Source of the DNA: Clostridiales bacterium
Lineage (GTDB): Bacteria > Bacillota > Clostridia > Oscillospirales > UBA644
Length of the DNA stretch: 46,411 bases
NCBI GenBank assembly: GCA_016281805.1
Contig: JAEEJJ010000075.1
Coordinates: forward strand, 1-46,411
Direction of reading: 5' to 3'
A program made the translations under genes and the position numbers. Shown piece by piece: positions 10,506-20,140 of the stretch (positions are counted from its first letter, which is position 1; every line of letters begins with the position of its first letter). The notes beneath the pieces were generated by a model. The model ran no database searches. It worked only from the letters and a program-made list of their open reading frames with translations, and was not told the DNA's origin.

Positions 10506-10534
10506 TTGACAAATCGCCCCGGATGAAATATAAT
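10506..10534 (+). promoter_or_regulatory. Sigma-A promoter of ald
   Basis: TTGACA-17 nt-TATAAT. Confidence 0.8.
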
Positions 10535-10606
10535 GTATATAAATACAGTATTTTGATCATTTTTGCAAATTTATAAACTTACCGTATGAAAGGCTGGTTT
10601 CCCCGT

Positions 10607-11719
10607 ATGAAAATCGGTTGCGTAAAAGAAATCAAAAACAATGAATTCCGCGTAGGGCTTACCCCCGACAATGTTAAAGCATATATTGCGGCAGGTCATC
10701 ATGTCTACATGGAAAAAGGTGCGGGCATAGGCTCCGGTTTTACTGATAATGAGTATGTCGACGCAGGCGCATCGCTTATAGACAACGCCGCAGACGTATG
10801 GCATCTTGTTGATATGATGGTCAAAGTCAAAGAGCCCCTTGAAGAGGAATATCCTCTCTTTCATGAAGGGCTGATCCTTTATACATATCTTCATCTCGCC
10901 GCAGATAAACAGCAGATGGACGCACTGCTCAAAGGCAGAGTAAAGGCAGTCGCATATGAGACAATTCAGGAAAAAGACCGTTCTTTACCGTGTCTTGCCC
11001 CCATGTCTCAGATAGCGGGTCGTCTGTCCATTCAGGAAGGCGCAAAATATCTTGAAAAGCGCTTCGGAGGAGAGGGGATACTTCTTGCAGGCGTTCCCGG
11101 CACTCCCAAAGCTAATGTAGTTATCTTAGGCGGCGGCACAGTAGGCATGAATGCATGCAAAATCGCCGTCGGCATGGGCGCAAACGTTACGATACTTGAT
11201 ATAAACCTAAAAAGGCTTGAAGAGCTTGACAATATTTTCGGAGCGCATATACAGACATTGTATTCCAGCGACACGAATATAGAAAATGTACTGAAAAACG
11301 CCGACCTCGTTATCGGTTCCGTTCTGATACCCGGAGGGTCCACTCCCAAGCTTTTCAAGAAAAAGTATCTTCACGAGATGAAGAACGGCGCTGTTTTTGT
11401 TGATGTGGCGATCGATCAGGGCGGATGCGGCGAAAGCAGCAGAGTAACCACGCATGACGACCCTGTATACATCGAAGAAGGTGTAGTCCACTATTGTGTA
11501 GGCAATATGCCCGGAGCCGTTCCGCGAACAAGTACGATCGCGCTCACAAATGCAACATTGCGTTACGGACTCGAAATCGCAAATAAGGGACTTGAAAATG
11601 CGTGCGCAGATCCCGCTATCCTTTCGGGCGTAAACTGCTATCTCGGCAAGCTCACAAACAAAAATGTCGCTGACGCTCACGGTTATAAATATGAGGACCT
11701 GACTTCTCTGATCGGATAG
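10607..11719 (+). CDS. ald: Alanine dehydrogenase
   Basis: MKIGCVKEIKNNEFRVGLTP, KVKEP, YLHLAA, DVAIDQGG, NMPGAVPRTST. Confidence 0.96.
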   Translation: MKIGCVKEIKNNEFRVGLTPDNVKAYIAAGHHVYMEKGAGIGSGFTDNEYVDAGASLIDNAADVWHLVDMMVKVKEPLEEEYPLFHEGLILYTYLHLAADKQQMDALLKGRVKAVAYETIQEKDRSLPCLAPMSQIAGRLSIQEGAKYLEKRFGGEGILLAGVPGTPKANVVILGGGTVGMNACKIAVGMGANVTILDINLKRLEELDNIFGAHIQTLYSSDTNIENVLKNADLVIGSVLIPGGSTPKLFKKKYLHEMKNGAVFVDVAIDQGGCGESSRVTTHDDPVYIEEGVVHYCVGNMPGAVPRTSTIALTNATLRYGLEIANKGLENACADPAILSGVNCYLGKLTNKNVADAHGYKYEDLTSLIG

Positions 11720-11755
11720 CCGTTTTAACTGTTCAGAAGTAATCATAATAATTAA

Positions 11756-11792
11756 AAAACTGCGTTCAATCTTTATAATTGAACGCAGTTTT
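11756..11792. terminator. Bidirectional intrinsic terminator
   Basis: AAAACTGCGTTCAAT-loop-ATTGAACGCAGTTTT between convergent genes. Confidence 0.8.
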
Positions 11793-11906
11793 ATGCTGTT
11801 GTTATATCAGTTAAAGATATCTTTAAGAATTTCGATAAGATATCATTCGTGCCGTCTTTTCGCAGAAAAGACATATGCAAAAGTCATGAAAATCAATAAA
11901 ATTAAA

Positions 11907-13241
11907 TTACTTTTTTCCCTTTTTGCGGGGAGTCAGAAATTTTACGACAACTGATTTGATTACTCTCTTGACGGCAAAGAAGTTTATACCGGTCAAAAGA
12001 AACAGGCGTATTGTTTTGCTTTGTTTCAGCATGCTGGTATTCTTTACCTTTTTCGTAGGCTTGCGTAATTCTTTGTAATACCGCCTTTTTTCTGACCATG
12101 AAAGACCGTTTTTGCCAAGTCTGGAATTTGTCAGCGCCTGAACATATATCTTCTTCCAGCTATATGCAAGGAGTTTATTTGTTTGGTTCTCAGGATATTT
12201 TTCCATAAAATCAGCCCATCGCGTTGCCGTTTCAACGTAGCTGAAGATCGATTGCTGCAACCCTTGTATCCTGTAAGTTTCAATGCTGAGGTTGTATCCG
12301 TAAGTCATTAAAATACTTATTATGGGGCTCGTCTTTTTTAAATCTTCTGCAAAAGGCAGACTGCAGACAAATGTTCTTACTTCGTTCAAAAAACGTTCTG
12401 CGGCGTCACGCATCCCATCGGTTTGCATTGCCCACGTCTGCACGCAAAGCAGATATCTTAATTTGCTGCACAGATATTCTCTCTGTGAGCGAGAGCCGTT
12501 GTATCTTTGTTGAAAAAAAGATACCAACTCCTTCATCGATATCAATTCCTGCTGCAGTCTGAATTCCGAGCAATCACGCATTCTCGATTTTTCGCGAGAC
12601 ACATAATAATAGATCGCATTTTCCTCTATTTCTAATGATTTTGCGTCATAACACGCCCGAAGCAGAAAAACGGTGTCCTGGGAATTCCTTGCAAGACCGT
12701 ATCTTGCCCCCGTTTTCATGATCATTTCACGGCGGAATATGGCAGTCCAATGATTATATGTAAAAAGTGAAAAAATAGGTTTTTTCGCCAGAAGTCCTGC
12801 CCGTATAACGGCATTTAACGGGGTTGATGCATCCTTATTATTTATTACTCCGTGAATATCGATATGTTCGGGTCGCCCTTTGACGATATCCGCGTTTGTT
12901 TTTTCTGCTTTTTTGTAGAGCAATTCCAGAAAATCTTCTGAAATATAATCATCGGGATCGATAAAAGAAAGGTAATCTCCGGTTGAAGCTTCAATGCCCC
13001 TGTTTCTTGAGTAACCTGCCCCTGAGTTCACATCGTTAACAAGTATAACGATCCTCGGGTCGTTTTTCGCGGCATTTCTCACTTCTTCCATAGAATTATC
13101 TGTTCCGAGATCGTCAATGATAATAATTTCTATATCTTTCAGCGTTTGATTCTGAACCGAGTATAAACATTTTTTTATACCTTCTCCGGGGTTAAAAACA
13201 GGTATTATTACTGATACTGACGGGCTTTTCTTTTCCATCAT
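11907..13241 (-). CDS. Glycosyltransferase family 2
   Basis: SVIIPVFN, IIDDLGTD, SRNRG, FIDPDD (DXD), QD acceptor-site motif. Confidence 0.9.
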   Translation of the reverse strand: MMEKKSPSVSVIIPVFNPGEGIKKCLYSVQNQTLKDIEIIIIDDLGTDNSMEEVRNAAKNDPRIVILVNDVNSGAGYSRNRGIEASTGDYLSFIDPDDYISEDFLELLYKKAEKTNADIVKGRPEHIDIHGVINNKDASTPLNAVIRAGLLAKKPIFSLFTYNHWTAIFRREMIMKTGARYGLARNSQDTVFLLRACYDAKSLEIEENAIYYYVSREKSRMRDCSEFRLQQELISMKELVSFFQQRYNGSRSQREYLCSKLRYLLCVQTWAMQTDGMRDAAERFLNEVRTFVCSLPFAEDLKKTSPIISILMTYGYNLSIETYRIQGLQQSIFSYVETATRWADFMEKYPENQTNKLLAYSWKKIYVQALTNSRLGKNGLSWSEKRRYYKELRKPTKKVKNTSMLKQSKTIRLFLLTGINFFAVKRVIKSVVVKFLTPRKKGKK

Positions 13242-14584
13242 CTTTTGGCTCCCAGATGTTTTAATATATATCGATAGGTTTTCTTTAAGATAGGTTTTTT
13301 CTTGATTTTATTTTTAAATGCAAAAAAGTTGATTCCTGTTGCGATAAAAAGAGAAATTGACCTGCATTCTTTCAGCATACTTATATCTTTTACTATTTTT
13401 GTCAATTTTCGTATTTTACCGTAAAGTTGTTTTTTTCGGCTCCTTGAAAAGCCCTTTTGAAGCAGCCTCGGGTCCGACAACGTGCAGGCATACAGCTTTC
13501 TCCAGTAATAACCAAGCCGGTCGTTTGATGCGTTTTCCGGATACAAATTCATAAAATCAGCCCATCTTTTTATTACTTCAGCATTGCTTTCTATCGGCTG
13601 CTGCATCCCTTGTATTCTGTATGGAAAAATACTCAGATTATAGTTGCGGCTGATCAGAACATCTACTAATGGATCCATCTTTTGAAGATCATCTGCAAAA
13701 GACAGGTTTGTCGTATATATTCTTAGTTTATCCAGATAATCCTTTGCGTCATCCCTGATCTCTTCTGTTTGTGCCGCCCATGCCTGAACGCGAAGATGAT
13801 ACTGTATCAATGTAGTGACATAAAGCCTCTGTTCATAAGAGCCGTCATAGTGTGATTGAATAAATGATATCATATCTGTAAATGAGATCAGCTCCTGCTG
13901 TAATCTGAAAGCGGAGCAATCATTCATTCTGGAATAATCACGAGATACATAGTAATAAATCGCTTTTTCCTCTATCTCTATCGTTTTTGCGGCAAAGCAT
14001 GCGCGCAGCAAAAAGACCGAATCTTCCGAATTTCTGGCAAGACCATATCGTGCCCCTGATTCCGTAAGCAGAGCCCTGCGGTAAATTGCGGTCCAGTGAT
14101 TATATAAAAAAAGCGAAAAAATGCGGCTTCCTTCAGAGAGACCTTTACGTATTCTCGTGTTTAAACTGATTTCCGTGCTCTCGTGATAAATATTTCCGCA
14201 TTCATCGATATGAATGCGGTCACCTTTAACGATATCGGGTTTAGTTTTCTCTGCTTTTCTGTAAAGCAGCTCCAGAAAATCTTCCGCAACATAATCATCG
14301 GGATCTATGAACGATACATATTCTCCTCGCGCCTCTTCTATCCCTCTGTTGCGTGAATAGCCCGGTCCGGAATTGACTTCGTTTACAAGTATAACGATTC
14401 TTGGGTCAGTTTTCGCGGCGTTGCGTACGGTTTCCATTGAATTATCTGTCCCAAGATCGTCAATAAATATTATTTCTATGTTCTGCAGCGTCTGATTCAA
14501 TACTGAATCGATACACTTTTTTACGCCTTCTCCCGGATTATAAACCGGAATAATGACTGATACTAACGGCTCTTTCTTTTCCAC
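13238..14584 (-). CDS. Glycosyltransferase family 2
   Basis: Probable GTG start at 14584 (VEKKEPLVSVIIP, matching paralogue; GGAG upstream); FIDPDD, SED motifs. Confidence 0.88.
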   Translation of the reverse strand: MEKKEPLVSVIIPVYNPGEGVKKCIDSVLNQTLQNIEIIFIDDLGTDNSMETVRNAAKTDPRIVILVNEVNSGPGYSRNRGIEEARGEYVSFIDPDDYVAEDFLELLYRKAEKTKPDIVKGDRIHIDECGNIYHESTEISLNTRIRKGLSEGSRIFSLFLYNHWTAIYRRALLTESGARYGLARNSEDSVFLLRACFAAKTIEIEEKAIYYYVSRDYSRMNDCSAFRLQQELISFTDMISFIQSHYDGSYEQRLYVTTLIQYHLRVQAWAAQTEEIRDDAKDYLDKLRIYTTNLSFADDLQKMDPLVDVLISRNYNLSIFPYRIQGMQQPIESNAEVIKRWADFMNLYPENASNDRLGYYWRKLYACTLSDPRLLQKGFSRSRKKQLYGKIRKLTKIVKDISMLKECRSISLFIATGINFFAFKNKIKKKPILKKTYRYILKHLGAKR

Positions 14585-15912
14585 ATTTTTTTTGCTCCGA
14601 AATGGTAAATCTTGCCCGCGAAATGCGCTATGCGTTTTACAAGGTTTTTTCTTTTCAACAGGTTTATTCCTGTCTTTAAATATGTGAACCAAACAAGATT
14701 TTCAGACGAAATATTCGATTTTGATTCTTTTTTGAATATTTCCGAGCAGCTTTTTCTGAAGCTTTTCCTTTTTACATGTGATATTTTTTTCAATACTGTG
14801 TCGATCCGCAGTGCCTTCTCTGTTGCGGTATTGACGGCACAATTGTAAATCGATCTCTGATCCGGATGCTTTCCGATAAAATCCAGACATCTTGAAAAAG
14901 TCTGTATGCAGGCTTTATCTGTTATATCGGCCATGAACGGATTCAGATAAGGAGCGCGAAGATTATAATTATATTCAAGCAGCGCTTTTGCAAAAGGTGA
15001 TTTCTTTTTAATATCCTCTGCCCACGGCAGATTTAATACCGTCTCTTTAAGACTTTGCAAAAAAAGTTCCGTTTCCCGGTAATAACTGTCAAATGATGAT
15101 GCAACAGCATGGTTTTCCAGATACCATAAAAGCCGTTTGATTATATAAGCAGACGGAACTGACGATGTAACGTTATCCTTAAGAAAAGACATCTGTTCAT
15201 TGAAAGCCAATACCTGATACTGCATCCTTTCAGGCTTGAACGTATGCATAAGTGACCGGTCGTTATCCACATGAAAAACTATCGCTTGTTCTTCAATGAA
15301 AAGAGAACGCGCTTTCCAGCTTGCCTGTAAAAGAAAAAACGAGTCTTCTCCGTAATATGACGTTCCGCAATATATTTTTTCATTTTTTATCCAGCTCAGC
15401 TGATAAATATTGCACCAGAGAGTAGATGAAAAAACATCAAAATTGCTGTTGTCGGGTTTCCATTTTTTTACATTTGCAATATTGAGCAGAGATACGGAAG
15501 AATCAATTACCTTTCCGTCCGTATTTACTGTAACATAACTGCCGCATACTATATGAGGCTTTTCCGTGTTTTCCGCTTTTTGGTATAATAATTCAAGAAA
15601 ATCGTCCGACATATAATCGTCGGCGTCTAAAAAAGCAACATATTCTCCGTTCGCGCAGTCGATCGCTTTGTTTCTTGAAATTCCGGGACCGGAGTTTTTT
15701 TCGTTGGTTATTACATGTATCCGCGGATCTTCAGACTCAAGACGTCTCACATGATCAAATGTTCCGTCATTTCCGCAATCATCTACAAGTATGATCTCTA
15801 TATCCCGCAGAGTTTGATTGCAAACAGAATCTATGCATCTGTAAAACAGTTCACCGGGTCTGTAAACCGGAATAATTACGCTGATTTTCGGGTTTATTTT
15901 CAGTTCAGACAT
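14563..15912 (-). CDS. Glycosyltransferase family 2
   Basis: ISVIIPVY, LVDDCGND, FLDADD, GED motifs. Confidence 0.9.
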   Translation of the reverse strand: MSELKINPKISVIIPVYRPGELFYRCIDSVCNQTLRDIEIILVDDCGNDGTFDHVRRLESEDPRIHVITNEKNSGPGISRNKAIDCANGEYVAFLDADDYMSDDFLELLYQKAENTEKPHIVCGSYVTVNTDGKVIDSSVSLLNIANVKKWKPDNSNFDVFSSTLWCNIYQLSWIKNEKIYCGTSYYGEDSFFLLQASWKARSLFIEEQAIVFHVDNDRSLMHTFKPERMQYQVLAFNEQMSFLKDNVTSSVPSAYIIKRLLWYLENHAVASSFDSYYRETELFLQSLKETVLNLPWAEDIKKKSPFAKALLEYNYNLRAPYLNPFMADITDKACIQTFSRCLDFIGKHPDQRSIYNCAVNTATEKALRIDTVLKKISHVKRKSFRKSCSEIFKKESKSNISSENLVWFTYLKTGINLLKRKNLVKRIAHFAGKIYHFGAKKMWKRKSR

Positions 15913-16681
15913 ATAATATCAATTTCCTGTGATTGAAGTAATAAAATAATAACGACAACGCAGACAGCAAAATGGAAAAGATCAACGGGTACCAAATAAA
16001 CCATGGCGAAAATTCCGCGCATGACACTCCGACTCTGAAAAGCTGCAGTATCGAAAAAAACGGGTTACAATTGAGCAGAAATCCCCAATCGCTTTCAAGA
16101 ATGGCGTTTGGATAGTAAAAAACAGCTGATAAATACATTATGATCGTCGTTATTACTTTCCATAAAAATTCAACATCACGGAAGTAAACGTTTACAATCG
16201 AAAGTATTATCCCCATACTGAGCGTCAATATGAACAATAAAGCAAGAGCAATAAACGCCAGAAAGATATTTACCGTTATTTTTATACGGAAAATAATGAT
16301 CAAAGGAACAAGCACGATCAGAGATATCAGAAAAACAATAAAACGCCAGAGGATTTCCGAGACCGGAAAAAACAGATTCGGAATATAAACTTTTTTTATC
16401 AGTTCAGCATTGTTCCTTACGGAGTTGCATGCAGACAGAGTTCCTTCTGAAAAAAATGAAAAAAGAAGCCTTCCGCAGGCGACATACAAAATAAATTCCG
16501 GCTCTTTATGTCCGAAAAGCGTTCCGAAAACAATGACCATTGTTGTGATAGACAAAACAGGTTCAAATAACGACCATATTATGCCTAAAAAGGAATTTCT
16601 GTATTTTAATCTTATTCCCTTTTTCACAAGCTCTTGGATCAGCGCTCGATTGGTAAAAAGCAGTTTGATTTCTTTAAACAT
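15905..16681 (-). CDS. ABC-2 polysaccharide export permease (Wzm/TagG-like)
   Basis: KYRNSFLGIIWSL, LIKKVYIP, YFRDV, NP motif; about 6 TMs. Confidence 0.9.
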   Translation of the reverse strand: MFKEIKLLFTNRALIQELVKKGIRLKYRNSFLGIIWSLFEPVLSITTMVIVFGTLFGHKEPEFILYVACGRLLFSFFSEGTLSACNSVRNNAELIKKVYIPNLFFPVSEILWRFIVFLISLIVLVPLIIIFRIKITVNIFLAFIALALLFILTLSMGIILSIVNVYFRDVEFLWKVITTIIMYLSAVFYYPNAILESDWGFLLNCNPFFSILQLFRVGVSCAEFSPWFIWYPLIFSILLSALSLLFYYFNHRKLILYV

Positions 16682-17459
16682 TTACTTTCTTCTCCGGGTT
16701 TTCAATGCCGATCAGCTTTTTGTAGCATGAAACTGTTTCATCTATTTCACCTAAAGCTACGGGTTTTCCTTTTTGAAGTATTAGTCCTTTATTGCATATA
16801 TTCTGAACGAGTTCCAGCGAATGCGAAACAAAAAGCACAGTGGTTTTATCGTTTATGATTTTCATTAATCTCTCTTCGCTTTTTTTTCGGAATTTTGCAT
16901 CCCCGACCGCGAATACTTCATCAAGTATCAGTATGTCCGGATTGATCGAAGTGCAGATCGCAAAACCGAGCCTGCTCCGCATACCCGATGAGTAATTTTT
17001 GATCGGAACGTCTGCAAAATCTTCAAGTTCGGCGAAAGTGATGATTTCATTTATACGTTCTGAAAGGAACGAACGCGAATAGCCAAGTATCGTCCCGTAA
17101 AGATATATGTTTTCAACGGCGTTGTAATAGCTGTTGAATCCTGCTCCCAGTTCAAGCAACGGCGCTAATGTGCCGTGTTTTTCTATATATCCTTCGTTAG
17201 GCGTGTAAATATCTGAGATCGCTTTCAAAAGAGTGCTTTTGCCTGATCCGTTAGTTCCGAGGATCGCAAGTCTGTCTCCGGGATAAAGCGTGAAGCTTAT
17301 GTTCCGCAATGCCCAGAATTTTTGTCTGTGTTCAGGTCTTTGACCTTTCAGAGTGTCCAGCAATGTGTCTTTTAAATATGCGCTGTGGTTTCTGCCCAGA
17401 TAAAGCTGTATGCCTAAGTCGGATACGACAACTGACGGTGTCGTGTTATTATCAGGCAT
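16674..17459 (-). CDS. Polysaccharide ABC exporter ATPase (Wzt/TagH-like)
   Basis: Start at ATG 17459 (GGAGG RBS); FWAL, GTNGSGKS, YSSGMRSRLGF, ILDEVFAVGD, VSH. Confidence 0.92.
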   Translation of the reverse strand: MPDNNTTPSVVVSDLGIQLYLGRNHSAYLKDTLLDTLKGQRPEHRQKFWALRNISFTLYPGDRLAILGTNGSGKSTLLKAISDIYTPNEGYIEKHGTLAPLLELGAGFNSYYNAVENIYLYGTILGYSRSFLSERINEIITFAELEDFADVPIKNYSSGMRSRLGFAICTSINPDILILDEVFAVGDAKFRKKSEERLMKIINDKTTVLFVSHSLELVQNICNKGLILQKGKPVALGEIDETVSCYKKLIGIENPEKKVNV

Positions 17460-17675
17460 TAAAATGCCTCCCAAAACATTGAATATATGCAGAGCATCAT
17501 ATGAAAACACATATAAGTCTCCGTGATTCAGTAGTTATTATCTACAATTTGTTTATTATAACATAAGAACTGTCAATTTGCAAGTAATATGTAAATAAAA
17601 TCAATATTTTTTCATTTTTTTCATTATTTATGTATTGATTCTGACGGTTTATTGCGAGAGTTGCGCATTTTGAAC

Positions 17676-17703
17676 TTGACATTTTGGATTTTTATGCTAA
17701 AAT
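17676..17703 (+). promoter_or_regulatory. Sigma-A promoter
   Basis: TTGACA-16 nt-TAAAAT with extended TG. Confidence 0.65.
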
Positions 17704-17739
17704 AATAAGGTAAATGTAAAAATTAACGGAGGACTCAAT

Positions 17740-18309
17740 ATGAGAAAAAATTTAGGTATTCAGCCGGCTCTTTTTCCAATGCCGGTGGTAATAGTTGCCG
17801 CTTACGGCGCAGACGGTAATATTTGCGCGATGAACGCGGCATGGGCACAGATATGCGATATGGATAAAATAGCTCTTTTTATCGATTCTGACCACAAAAC
17901 AACAAAAAACATTATGGAAACAAAAGCATTTACTGTCAGCATAGCCGATGTCGCAAATATCGAGCCTGCAGACTTTTTCGGTATCGCTACGGGAAACAAA
18001 ATGCCCGATAAATTCGAGCGCAGCGGATGCCATGCCCAAAAAAGCGAATTTGTAAATGCTCCGATAATAACGGACTTCCCAGTAACTATCGAGTGTGAGC
18101 TTGCAGAGGAAATAAATACAGAAAACATGCATGCCATTGTGGGAAAAATCGTCAACGTCAGCGCCGATGAAAATGTTGTAGGCGAAAAGGACAAGATCCT
18201 TCCCGAAAAAGTCAACGCATTGATATTTGATCAGTACAGAAACGGATATTATGCCGTCGGAGAAAAAGTCGGACAGGCCTGGAACGCAGGAAAAGGACTT
18301 GTGAAATAA
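17740..18309 (+). CDS. Flavin reductase / flavoredoxin family protein
   Basis: PMPVVIVA, NAAW, HKTTKNI, APII...ECEL, VGQAW. Confidence 0.85.
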   Translation: MRKNLGIQPALFPMPVVIVAAYGADGNICAMNAAWAQICDMDKIALFIDSDHKTTKNIMETKAFTVSIADVANIEPADFFGIATGNKMPDKFERSGCHAQKSEFVNAPIITDFPVTIECELAEEINTENMHAIVGKIVNVSADENVVGEKDKILPEKVNALIFDQYRNGYYAVGEKVGQAWNAGKGLVK

Positions 18310-18381
18310 TAAGCAAGCGCATAAAGGCTGCTTATTTTAGGCTCTGACGGAATAAACACAGTGATTTTCACGGGTGATTGC

Positions 18382-18933
18382 ATGAAACGAAAAACAGCAA
18401 AAGAAATCCTTTCCGATTCATTTCAGGAGCTTGCCGCTGAAAAAAGCATCGATAAAATAACCATCAGGGATATCACCGATAACTGCGGATATTCTCCTGC
18501 CACTTTTTATCGCAATTTCAAAGATAAATACGATCTTATAGCATGGGAATATTCGAGAGTCGTTTCCGATTTTTTCGATAAGATAAACGTATCGGGATAC
18601 GAATGGAAACAAACTCTTTCCGATGCCGCAGTCTGGTTCAGTTCCGAGAAAGAATATCTCGCAAATCTGCTTCAGCACACCACGGGTCACGACTCTTTTA
18701 TGCGCTATATGGTTGAGATCAATTATACTTCTCTTGAAAAATATATTCTTGCCGCCGTAAATAAACGCTCGCTGACTGCAATGGAAAAAATGACGGCAAG
18801 AACATACTGTCTTGGTACTGTAGGCATTACCTGCGAGTGGATCCTTGGCAAAGTGAATGCTTCGATAGGGGAGATTTCCGAACTGTATCTGAATACTGTT
18901 CCCGATTTACTGAAAAAATATCTTCTTAATTGA
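18382..18933 (+). CDS. TetR/AcrR family transcriptional regulator
   Basis: HTH KITIRDITDNCGYSPATFYRNFKDKYDL; ATG at 18382 preferred. Confidence 0.9.
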   Translation: MKRKTAKEILSDSFQELAAEKSIDKITIRDITDNCGYSPATFYRNFKDKYDLIAWEYSRVVSDFFDKINVSGYEWKQTLSDAAVWFSSEKEYLANLLQHTTGHDSFMRYMVEINYTSLEKYILAAVNKRSLTAMEKMTARTYCLGTVGITCEWILGKVNASIGEISELYLNTVPDLLKKYLLN

Positions 18934-19013
18934 GATAATTTATTGAATTTATCTCATTTTGAGAGATATATACTGATTTGTGAGTTGAATTCTATCTCCT
19001 TTTTCAGTATAAT
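18931..19013 (+). promoter_or_regulatory. Promoter with candidate operator repeats
   Basis: TTGAAT-17-TATAAT (18985-19013); palindrome TGAGATAA-N10-TTATCTCA (18931-18956). Confidence 0.6.
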
Positions 19014-19065
19014 ATTTAAAAAGTAAACATAAATACTTAAAAAAAGTGAAGCGGAGGAACAGTTT

Positions 19066-19515
19066 ATGACTAAAATCGAATTTTTAAAAGAGCTTGCAAA
19101 GGGATGGTTCGGCAATTCTCAGCAGCATTCCATTCACGCGCAGCTTCTCAAGGCGCGCGGTTTAAATAAACTTTCAGACAAAATAATGGCAGAATCGGAC
19201 GAAGAATGGGAAGAGGCAAAAAAAGTCAACGCCCGTCTTATCGAGCTCGGAGAAACTCCTTCAGTAGAGCTCGCGGTCTATCCCGTTATAACGGATATCA
19301 AAGAAATGCTTGAATACGACTGCAAAGACTCTTCTGAGGCGCTTCCCATGATGAGCAGATCACTTGCATTGTTTGATGACGACTACGTTACCAAACGTAT
19401 GATCGAAGAATTTATAATCGATGAGCAGGATCATTTCAACTGGGTCAAAGGCCATCTTTGTCTTATCGAGCAGATCGGCATCGAAAATTACATTATCGAA
19501 ATGCTCGGAGAATAA
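19066..19515 (+). CDS. Ferritin-like (bacterioferritin-related) protein
   Basis: RLIELG, DDYVT, DEQDH, IEQIGIENY, as in Bfr helices. Confidence 0.75.
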   Translation: MTKIEFLKELAKGWFGNSQQHSIHAQLLKARGLNKLSDKIMAESDEEWEEAKKVNARLIELGETPSVELAVYPVITDIKEMLEYDCKDSSEALPMMSRSLALFDDDYVTKRMIEEFIIDEQDHFNWVKGHLCLIEQIGIENYIIEMLGE

Positions 19516-19527
19516 AAGGAGTATAAA

Positions 19528-20037
19528 ATGAAAATAGCTGTTTTTAACGGAAGTCCCCGCAATGAAAATACAGCCGCTATGATAGAAGCGTTCCGTGAGG
19601 GTGCACAGACCGCCGGACATGAAGTAGAAGTTTATCATGTTGGCAAAATGAAAATAAACGGATGCCTTGCATGCGAGTATTGCCACGGTAAGGGTGAGGG
19701 CAAATGTATTCAGAAAGACGATCTCGAAAAAATCATGCCCGCATATCTTGAATGCGATATGATCGTATATGCGTCTCCGATATACTACTTTGCGCCCACT
19801 GCTCAGATAGAAGCTGCATGGCAGAGAGTTTACTGCATAGGCAAACCTGCAAAAGCTGCCAAAGCAGCGCTTCTTCTAAGCTCCGGTTCAGGCGCATACG
19901 ACGCTGCGATCGCACAGTTTAAGGCATTCACGGCTTATACAGGCATTGAAAATGCAGGCGTTTTCACCGCAACGGGCGCAGAAAACAAGTCCGAAGCAAA
20001 ACTTGCCGAAATTAAAGCTTTTGCTGAAAAATTATAA
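19528..20037 (+). CDS. Iron-sulfur flavoprotein / multimeric flavodoxin
   Basis: NGSPRNENT FMN loop, CLACEYC-x7-C, ASPIYY. Confidence 0.88.
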   Translation: MKIAVFNGSPRNENTAAMIEAFREGAQTAGHEVEVYHVGKMKINGCLACEYCHGKGEGKCIQKDDLEKIMPAYLECDMIVYASPIYYFAPTAQIEAAWQRVYCIGKPAKAAKAALLLSSGSGAYDAAIAQFKAFTAYTGIENAGVFTATGAENKSEAKLAEIKAFAEKL

Positions 20038-20060
20038 GTTTTCAAAATAAAATATCACAT

Positions 20061-20099
20061 ACCGGTATGCCTCATCTGTACCGAGGCATATCGGTTTTT
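20061..20099 (+). terminator. Intrinsic terminator
   Basis: ACCGGTATGCCTC...GAGGCATATCGGT followed by T run. Confidence 0.75.
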
Positions 20100-20140
20100 C
20101 GGTAACAGGGCGTGGGAGAAAACTGTTATTGAGGTGAAAA

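Noticed and set aside
14585-14692. N-terminal extension of the middle GT2 in the ORF track, giving a 130-bp overlap
   Set aside because: Paralogue alignment and RBS support a GTG start at 14584
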